Of a stretch of 64,000 nt of DNA, positions 57,062 through 64,000 are shown in pieces. The first letter of the stretch is position 1, and each line of letters begins with the position of its first letter. Made by a program: the position numbers and the translations under genes. The notes beneath the pieces are model-generated. The model made no database searches, had not been told where the DNA came from, and worked only from the letters and a program-made list of their open reading frames with translations. The stretch is from Candidatus Cloacimonadota bacterium (GTDB lineage: Bacteria; Cloacimonadota; Cloacimonadia; G963667145): assembly GCA_963667255.1 (NCBI GenBank), contig OY762940.1:640001-704000 (forward strand), written 5' to 3'.

Positions 57062-59527
57062 ATGAAGAGAAGTTTAACCATACTGTTTTTATTGCATAGC
57101 TGGGCTTTTCTTCTTTCTGCTGAGCATACTTCCGCCACTTCTGCCATCTTGTTACCAAGCCAAAGAATGTCCGGCATCGGCAGTGCAGTGGATGTCACGA
57201 TGGGCGATTCCATCACTTATATCGCTGACCATATGTTTTATGATGTGGTTTTCTCCCGAGCCAATCTCACAGGAGATGTCAGCATTATGTCCGAAGGTTC
57301 GATTTTGCGAACTGACACCATAACTTTGGATTTGAAAACCAACATAATGGCTTCTCGAGGAGCTACTTATATCAAAGATGTTTCCGGCTGTATGATTGCC
57401 AACGATGTTTGGATTAACCCGAAAAAAGAGTGGGCGTTGTTCAATAAAGCCGCGGGCAAATTGGATGTCGGTTATTATTACGGTAGCCAAACGAGACAAG
57501 TGAAGAATGGTGTGTATGATGTTGATAATGGGATGTTTACCACTTGCGATGCTCCGGAGCACCATTTTGATATTTATGCGGTGCAGATGCGACTCTATCG
57601 TGGGAATATGGTGGTGATGAAGCCGGTTGTTATTTTGGTAAATCACTTCCCAGTAATTGCGTTGCCTTCTTACTCTTTTTCTATTGCCAGAGGCAAACAA
57701 AACGGGTTTTTGATGCCTACTCCTGGTCGAAACTCAAATGATGGCAAATTCGTGGAAAACATCGGCTACTACCTATTCTTCGAGGATTATTGGGATGCAG
57801 TCGCTATTATGAATGTCAGGGAGAAAACCGGCATTGACGGTGAGTTCATCACTCGCTACAAGAAGCGTTACGAATACGAAGGGATTTTGGAGATAAACCA
57901 AAAGAGAGCCGTGAGCAATGCTGGAAAAACCACAAATTACGCAGGCGAATATCACTACAATCACAAGCAGGATTTTAATGATGGCTCTGCTTTAAGTGCT
58001 GACCTCAACTACTACTCCAGTAAGGAAATCTTGGAAGATGAAGAGGATATTGATACACGGACGAACGAAAATATAAAATCGACTATCTCCTATTCCAAGC
58101 CTTTTTTGAGTAGCACTTTGCTTATGAGTAGTGAGTATTCGCAAGATATGAATACTAAAGCTCAAGCAATTACTTTGCCTTATGTCAGTTATACTCTTAC
58201 TTCTCGACCTATTTGGGAGATGTTTTTGGATGAAATCGATGAAGATGAAAATCCTTGGTGGAAAGATTTTAGCTATTCATTTAAAACTCAAGCTACACAA
58301 AGTGGTACTATGGCAGATAGGTCTGCGGGAGTCGCCGATGTACTTTGGAAATCCAAGAAGGACAGTGCAGGGACTTTGGTAAACACTCACAAAGCAGGTG
58401 CATGGATTGACTTGGGACTTACGCATTCTCGCAAGGTTTTGAGTTGGTTGACATTTAGTCAGAGCGTGCCTTTCAAAGTTGCATATTCATCAAACGAAAT
58501 CAATTATGCCTCCTTCGACCCGTCTTATCAATACAACTATTCCAATAGTTTGGGCTTCAGTGTTGTCGGGTTCAAAAATTTCGGCGAGTTTTTTTTCAAG
58601 GGAATCAGGCATATTATAGATGTATCAGGCTCTTTTGCCTATGTACCTACGATAGAGAATAAAGCTACCGGTCCATATGCTTTGGGGGCTACTACGGAAT
58701 CGAAAGTATCCAAGCTGAACTTTTCCAACGCTTGGGATTTGAAGTTGAATCCTCCCGGGAAAAACGATAAATTCCTTTTAAATAGTATAGTAACGGCAAC
58801 CACGGCATATACCGTGTACAGTAATGACAAATCTGCAGAAGGCAAGTGGGACGATATAGTTTGGGCAGCGAGTTTTGATGGTCAAAATCTTGTGCCGGCG
58901 GGAGTTTTGGCGAATAAGATTTTGGAGTGGACTTATCTTTCCCATTGGTTCTCCTGCTCCGTGAGCAACTCTAACACGGCTTCGGCAACGCAAGACCCTT
59001 ACAATTGGGAATTGAAAGAGTGGTCATATAAAGTTCCTGTTTCCAATACTGTCGGTTTTGCTCTTTCGCAAACACGAAAACTCCGATATTTCAACTATTC
59101 TCCCGCTAAATTCAATCAGTTTGAGCTAAACAAATTTTTCAATAATGGACCTCCTGCAAAGCGACAAAATTATATTGAGCAAGACAATGGAGTCTCGGTA
59201 AATGTGAATTATGCTTACAACTTCGTAGGTAGCCAAAAAAAAGGCGAAGATTTTACCAAGGTTGAAGATTATACTCTCGATTTAACGGGCAGTTCAAAAC
59301 TTCATTTATCAAAAACTTGGCACTTGGACTACTCTCTTTCTTATAACATAAAAGAGGACGATTTGGGAGCTCAGACCTTTTCTGCTGTGAAAAGTCTGCA
59401 TTGCTGGAATTTCAGTTTCTCATATACCAAAGAAGGTGCATATTGGGAATACGCTTTTTCGTTTGTTAACATCAAATTGCCTAACGATTTGAAATACGAA
59501 GACGATTCGAATTCCAACGATGATTAG
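57062..59527 (+). CDS. lptD: LPS assembly protein LptD-like
   Basis: Signal peptide; FTTCD..EHHF; GFLMP; C-terminal LHCW.F. Confidence 0.8.
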   Translation: MKRSLTILFLLHSWAFLLSAEHTSATSAILLPSQRMSGIGSAVDVTMGDSITYIADHMFYDVVFSRANLTGDVSIMSEGSILRTDTITLDLKTNIMASRGATYIKDVSGCMIANDVWINPKKEWALFNKAAGKLDVGYYYGSQTRQVKNGVYDVDNGMFTTCDAPEHHFDIYAVQMRLYRGNMVVMKPVVILVNHFPVIALPSYSFSIARGKQNGFLMPTPGRNSNDGKFVENIGYYLFFEDYWDAVAIMNVREKTGIDGEFITRYKKRYEYEGILEINQKRAVSNAGKTTNYAGEYHYNHKQDFNDGSALSADLNYYSSKEILEDEEDIDTRTNENIKSTISYSKPFLSSTLLMSSEYSQDMNTKAQAITLPYVSYTLTSRPIWEMFLDEIDEDENPWWKDFSYSFKTQATQSGTMADRSAGVADVLWKSKKDSAGTLVNTHKAGAWIDLGLTHSRKVLSWLTFSQSVPFKVAYSSNEINYASFDPSYQYNYSNSLGFSVVGFKNFGEFFFKGIRHIIDVSGSFAYVPTIENKATGPYALGATTESKVSKLNFSNAWDLKLNPPGKNDKFLLNSIVTATTAYTVYSNDKSAEGKWDDIVWAASFDGQNLVPAGVLANKILEWTYLSHWFSCSVSNSNTASATQDPYNWELKEWSYKVPVSNTVGFALSQTRKLRYFNYSPAKFNQFELNKFFNNGPPAKRQNYIEQDNGVSVNVNYAYNFVGSQKKGEDFTKVEDYTLDLTGSSKLHLSKTWHLDYSLSYNIKEDDLGAQTFSAVKSLHCWNFSFSYTKEGAYWEYAFSFVNIKLPNDLKYEDDSNSNDD

Positions 59528-60104
59528 AGCTATTTTTTTGGACAGAGACGGCACGATAAATCCCGATGAAGATGGATACATCTCTTCTCCGTCACAATTT
59601 GAAATTTTCCCTTTCAGTGGAGAAGCCATCAGAATTTTTAACGATTTGGGTTTTCTCGTGTTTATTGTCACCAATCAGTCTGGTATAGCCAGAGGTTATT
59701 TTACGGAAAAAGATTTGGAGACTATTCATCTCAAGATGGTGCAACTATTGGCAAAAGATGGAGCTAAGATTGACGAAATTTTGTGCTGTCCCCACTATCC
59801 ACACGGCGTGATAAAAGAGTTTTCTTGCGAATGTGAATGCCGAAAGCCGAACAATCTATTTTTTAGGCAGATGCAAAAGAAATACAATCTTAAAGCCTCA
59901 AAATCTTTTATGATAGGCGACAAACCTGCCGATATAGAGTTCGGCTTGAAAAGCGGTTTGCAGACTATTTTAGTCAGAACAGGTTATGGCGAGCGGACTT
60001 TGCAAGCGGGGGAAATAAAGCCCGATTTTGCCGTCGATAATCTGCTAATGGCTGCCGAAGCGATAAGAAGATTGGTGCAACAGGAAAAGGGTTGTGTTGA
60101 GTAA
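59520..60104 (+). CDS. gmhB: D-glycero-D-manno-heptose-1,7-bisphosphate phosphatase
   Basis: FLDRDGTIN; TNQSGIARG; CPH; CECRKP; MIGD. Confidence 0.9.
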   Translation: MIRAIFLDRDGTINPDEDGYISSPSQFEIFPFSGEAIRIFNDLGFLVFIVTNQSGIARGYFTEKDLETIHLKMVQLLAKDGAKIDEILCCPHYPHGVIKEFSCECECRKPNNLFFRQMQKKYNLKASKSFMIGDKPADIEFGLKSGLQTILVRTGYGERTLQAGEIKPDFAVDNLLMAAEAIRRLVQQEKGCVE

Positions 60105-60750
60105 AGAGCAAATCGAGAAGTTTGATTTTGAGGGTCTGTTTTCCAAACTTGCCGACTACTACGAAAAATGTTCTGCACAGGTTAAAAAGTTTGAAGAAAT
60201 CTCTGCGGAAACGCCTTTGCAGATTTTGATTTCCGCTATGCTCTCCGCTCGCACCAACGACATTACAACCACCAAAGTTGTTGAGAATTGGCATATTACG
60301 AAGTTGGATGAGTTGCAGGGTTTGTCGGTTGGAGATATTGAAAAGTTGATTTACCCCGTGGGATTTTATAAGCAAAAAGCTGTTCATTTGAGTGAATGGT
60401 ATGGGATTATTTCCGAGAAATTTTCGGGAAGTTTGCCTGCCGATAGAGACAAGATAATGAGTTTGCCCGGAGTGGGTCTGAAAACTGCGAATTTGTTTTT
60501 GAATAGAGCTTGCAAGTTGCCCTACATTTGTGTTGATATTCATGTTCATCGGATTTGTGCCAGAATAGGGCTGACTTCCGGCAAGACACCTGCGAAAACC
60601 GAGAAAGAGTTGACGGAGATTTTGCCCGAAAAATTTATCTCGAACGCAAATCGATACTTCGTTGCTTTGGGGCAAACTCTGTGCAAGGCAACTGTGGTTG
60701 ATTGTGATAGCTGCCCGATAGCGGAATTTTGTAGCAAGATGGGAGTGTAA
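60094..60750 (+). CDS. nth: Endonuclease III (HhH-GPD, 4Fe-4S)
   Basis: LSART.D; LPGVGLKTAN; VDIHVHR; C-terminal 4-Cys cluster. Confidence 0.88.
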   Translation: MLSKEQIEKFDFEGLFSKLADYYEKCSAQVKKFEEISAETPLQILISAMLSARTNDITTTKVVENWHITKLDELQGLSVGDIEKLIYPVGFYKQKAVHLSEWYGIISEKFSGSLPADRDKIMSLPGVGLKTANLFLNRACKLPYICVDIHVHRICARIGLTSGKTPAKTEKELTEILPEKFISNANRYFVALGQTLCKATVVDCDSCPIAEFCSKMGV

Positions 60751-60751
60751 G

Positions 60752-61519
60752 ATGTCGGGGATTTTGATTTTTTATGACGAAAAGCACAGCGTTTTGCTGA
60801 AAGTCCTCTGCAAAGATGTGGCGAAGAGCAAAGAGAAATATTTGATTTCCGCAAATTACCAAGAGTTACAAGCAAAGATTTCTCGGACGGATACCAAGGA
60901 GTTTGACTCGTTGCTTGAGGCTTTGATTTATTTCAAAAGTTTGCCGGAAGGCGAGTATAAACAGCACAAGGATTATCAATATTTAGCGATAGACTCGGAG
61001 GGAACGCCGTGTTTGTCATCGGCAAACACCACAGCGACTTTGGGGAAGATTTTCGTGGGACCGTTTCGCAACTCATTTGTTTTGTCGGACATAGCTGATG
61101 TCTTCGCTCGGGAGTTTGCTCTGCCAGCGTTGGGCGAAGAGAAATGCTTTCCGCAAATTATTGATTACTATCTGAATTTTGATTTGCGGGGAAATTATTT
61201 GCAACAGATAGACGAGTTGGAAGAGAATTTGGAATTTGCCAAGTCTCACGCTTTGAGTGAAAAAGTGAAACCGATAATTGATTATTTTGCTTATCTTGAT
61301 TTTTTGCGAGAGAGCAAAACTCTTTCTTTTGAATGTCAATGGCAAGGCAGTGAACTAAGCGTGAAAAATGGTTTGTTGTTTGGCTATGGAGACTTGCGAT
61401 TTAGGATGAATTACCAAAATATTGAGTATCGAGAAGAGGAGAAATTTGCTGTGCCTCTGGATGAACTGGATGAGCGACAGATAATTTATCAATTCGCAAA
61501 GGAATTAAAGTTAATCTAA
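60752..61519 (+). CDS. Hypothetical protein
   Basis: 255-aa ORF coupled to nth; weak UvrC-like features only. Confidence 0.65.
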   Translation: MSGILIFYDEKHSVLLKVLCKDVAKSKEKYLISANYQELQAKISRTDTKEFDSLLEALIYFKSLPEGEYKQHKDYQYLAIDSEGTPCLSSANTTATLGKIFVGPFRNSFVLSDIADVFAREFALPALGEEKCFPQIIDYYLNFDLRGNYLQQIDELEENLEFAKSHALSEKVKPIIDYFAYLDFLRESKTLSFECQWQGSELSVKNGLLFGYGDLRFRMNYQNIEYREEEKFAVPLDELDERQIIYQFAKELKLI

Positions 61520-63027
61520 TCCTTGTTTTTTACCACTCGGAAACCGTAAGTTACACTAGCGTCATCTGTTGCAGTCGATATTTCATTTCCACCGATTTTT
61601 ATATAATCTGCTCCATTTAGGTAGCTACCACCCTTACTTTTTTGAGGGTCGTTAGGATTATTACTGAAGTAACACCATTCCCAGAGATTGCCACTCATAT
61701 CGTAAATTCCCAGTGCGTTTGCATTCTTGCTCTTGACAGGATGACTCTTGCTTTCGCTATTTTCATAATACCAAGCAACACTGGAGAAGTCTGAAGCTGA
61801 AGACGCTCCGCTCGCCCAGTTCAAATCGGTAGCCTCACTGTTGCCGGAGAGCAATATTTGGTCGTAATTTTTGTCCTGAATGTACATAGCCGCCAATTCC
61901 CACTCTGCGACAGTTGGCAGACGAAATCCCTTTGATGTGGAAGAGATGCTTAAACTCGTGAAATTTGTATCTCTTACTGGTGTTGTCCCTTGTAGGTAGT
62001 AACAATCATAATTTGTGCTGCATTTGGCGTTGCAAAATTCGGTCAGAGCGTTACAAAAAACAATGGCATCTTTCCAAGAAATATTGCCTATAGGGTAAGT
62101 GGAAGAGGAGGCAGACGCGCCAGATGTGTAGGTGTATTTATCTGTAGCAGTTTCTTTTGCCCATGTAGTCACACTATCCCAAAGTTGTCTGGTAACTTCG
62201 GTTTCTGCTACCCAATAGTTTTGGTTTACGCCACTTTCCCCTAAACTTGAAGGGAATTTTTTAATCTGAGGGACATAGTGCATTTGCAACGAGTCTGTTT
62301 TGACACCACTACTTAGAAAGTATTTCCTGGAGCCTGCTGCGTAATCCACAAAGACCTGAATGGAATCTTTGAAGTCGCCGGCAGTTTTCCCTGTCGGTTT
62401 GGCAGATACATAGGTGTTGCCATAAGTGACCCCCGTGATTAATCCACTACCACTAACTGTAGCGTAAGAGCTATTATTGCTGCCCCAACTGACATCGGTA
62501 TCGACATTGCTACTCGGAGTAAATTTTGTGCTGAGTTGATAGGTCTGGTTTTCTCTAATATTAACACCGGAAGAAATCCCTGTTGTATCTATGGAAAATC
62601 CCTCTATAACATAGTAACAATTGACCGTCATGTTGGCTTGCAGGGCAGTCTCTTTTAGAGTAGTGGCTGTCGCGGTAATTTGACTACTGCCAACATTCTT
62701 TACAGAAATTTTTCTCTTCAAAGCTCCTTCATCAGCGAAAGAAACGACATCCGTATTGGAGATGCTCCATGAGATATTTTTGTTCAAAGCGTCAAGAGGG
62801 GAGTATGTAAGAGTCACGGAAGTATCAACCTGTGTAGCTTGGGTCGTTGTGGAGTATAGGATAGATGAACTTTGTTGAGATTGGGAATTTATATAAATTT
62901 TGATATTTGAGTTAGAAAACGATAGAGCGGTAATGTCAAAATCTTCGTTTGCTACATCGTTGGAAACAGGAAAGCATCCGAATAAAAAAATCATAAAAGA
63001 AATAGTAAGCAAAAATTTATTTTTCAT
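61516..63027 (-). CDS. Lipoprotein with Ig-like (Big_2) repeats and C-terminal FGE-sulfatase (CLec-fold) domain
   Basis: Lipobox FLFGC; WS.SN..V/ATV...G.ITGV..G repeats; ETEVT, FRLPT.AEWE, NALGIYDMSGNLWEWC, GFRV. Confidence 0.88.
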   Translation of the reverse strand: MKNKFLLTISFMIFLFGCFPVSNDVANEDFDITALSFSNSNIKIYINSQSQQSSSILYSTTTQATQVDTSVTLTYSPLDALNKNISWSISNTDVVSFADEGALKRKISVKNVGSSQITATATTLKETALQANMTVNCYYVIEGFSIDTTGISSGVNIRENQTYQLSTKFTPSSNVDTDVSWGSNNSSYATVSGSGLITGVTYGNTYVSAKPTGKTAGDFKDSIQVFVDYAAGSRKYFLSSGVKTDSLQMHYVPQIKKFPSSLGESGVNQNYWVAETEVTRQLWDSVTTWAKETATDKYTYTSGASASSSTYPIGNISWKDAIVFCNALTEFCNAKCSTNYDCYYLQGTTPVRDTNFTSLSISSTSKGFRLPTVAEWELAAMYIQDKNYDQILLSGNSEATDLNWASGASSASDFSSVAWYYENSESKSHPVKSKNANALGIYDMSGNLWEWCYFSNNPNDPQKSKGGSYLNGADYIKIGGNEISTATDDASVTYGFRVVKNKD

Positions 63028-63303
63028 ATCACCTCATGAATAAATATAGGCTAACAATTTTACTTATCAATAAGTTGTCAAGAATATAAAAAATAATAGA
63101 GAATTTGTATTATTTTGTATTTAGTTGAAAATAAGATTGTTAAGGGATTTATTATCGAACATGCAATTGCCAAGATACAATTTAAGCATACACGAGATAC
63201 AGTCTTTCGAAAGGGCAAGCATTACAATATATTGGCAAAAAATATTTGACAAATTGAAGAGGTGCAAACGATGTAGTGTAAAAAAAGAACTTAGGAAAAT
63301 AAA

Positions 63304-64000
63304 ATGCTGAAAAACAAATTGCTCATTTTTATTGCTTTCATGGTGATTTTGCAGGTGGTTGTGTCGCTTGTCGGATTAGGCTCGGATTTGAATGTAGGAG
63401 TCAACCCCGAGACAGGGAATTTTTCGGTTTGGAATACTCCCAACGACAACACCATTCAAAAGCAAATTTTAACGGAGTTCCAGCCCGACCAGTATTTGGC
63501 TGACAATGGTGGAGAGGGCAAAGTTCTCGGAAGCACTTCGTTATACAATTTGTATGCTAAATTTTCTTCTGCTCCTTTGGGAATGGGGAAGCTCTTATTT
63601 ATGTTGCTGGTAGTGGATTTGCTGTTGCTGATAGGAGCAATATTAGTTGTAAAAACTTCTGGTTTTATCCCAGGCAAATGGCAGTTGATTTGGGAAGGTA
63701 TTTACGAATTTTTTGAAGATTTGGTTGTCGATTCTCTCGGCAAAGAGAGGATTAACTTTTTGCCATATATAGCAACTATCTTTCTCTTCATTTTGACTTG
63801 CAACATTTTGGGTGTTATCCCCGGATTGTCCGAGCCAACGAGGAACCTCAATGTTCCGCTCGGAATGGGGATAATTGCTAATGTGGTTGTGCATTTTATG
63901 ATGATTAAGGTCAAAGGTGCTTGGGGCTATGTAAAAGGCTATGCCGAGCCGATGTTCTTTTTGACTCCGCTCAATGTGATAGGTGAGGCTTCCAAGGTTG
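63304..64000 (+). CDS. atpB: F0F1 ATP synthase subunit a (3'-truncated by window)
   Basis: My translation from ATG 63304: PGKWQLIWE, FLFILTCNILGVIPG, EPTRNLN, PLNVIGE; absent from the ORF track because no stop codon falls in the window. Confidence 0.92.
   Translation, partial: MLKNKLLIFIAFMVILQVVVSLVGLGSDLNVGVNPETGNFSVWNTPNDNTIQKQILTEFQPDQYLADNGGEGKVLGSTSLYNLYAKFSSAPLGMGKLLFMLLVVDLLLLIGAILVVKTSGFIPGKWQLIWEGIYEFFEDLVVDSLGKERINFLPYIATIFLFILTCNILGVIPGLSEPTRNLNVPLGMGIIANVVVHFMMIKVKGAWGYVKGYAEPMFFLTPLNVIGEASKV

Noticed and set aside
1..64000. CRISPR array, rRNA, transposase, integrase or prophage genes
   Set aside because: No regularly spaced repeats or recognisable motifs were seen.

Overview
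AT-rich chromosomal segment from a diderm, LPS-producing, probably anaerobic bacterium. An FCB/Cloacimonadota-like lineage is my inference only. The backbone is mostly + strand housekeeping: cmk-ispH-rpsA, a complete rnfCDGEAB operon, LPS genes (GT9, waaA, gmhB, lptD, mlaD), a DUF134/Mrp/NifX-like Fe-S cluster operon, four tRNAs, mtaB, ybeY, cysS, apbE, rqcH, serA-like, an MMPL/TetR operon, tilS-hpt-ftsH, nth and the start of atpB. The most striking feature is a stand-alone five-gene operon (36970-42218). It encodes a natural FliF(C-terminal ring)-FliG fusion, an outer-membrane FlgO/CsgG-like protein, a TPR lipoprotein, MotA and MotB, with no other flagellar or chemotaxis genes in the window. 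It is a candidate non-flagellar, envelope-spanning rotary motor. Accessory DNA includes an intact DpnI-type methyl-directed nuclease next to a destroyed DpnA-type methyltransferase, an AT-rich island (UDG-like, hypothetical, AAA ATPase), and two attC-like hairpins with cassette-like genes but no integrase. All calls come from motif recognition by eye; no database searches were run.
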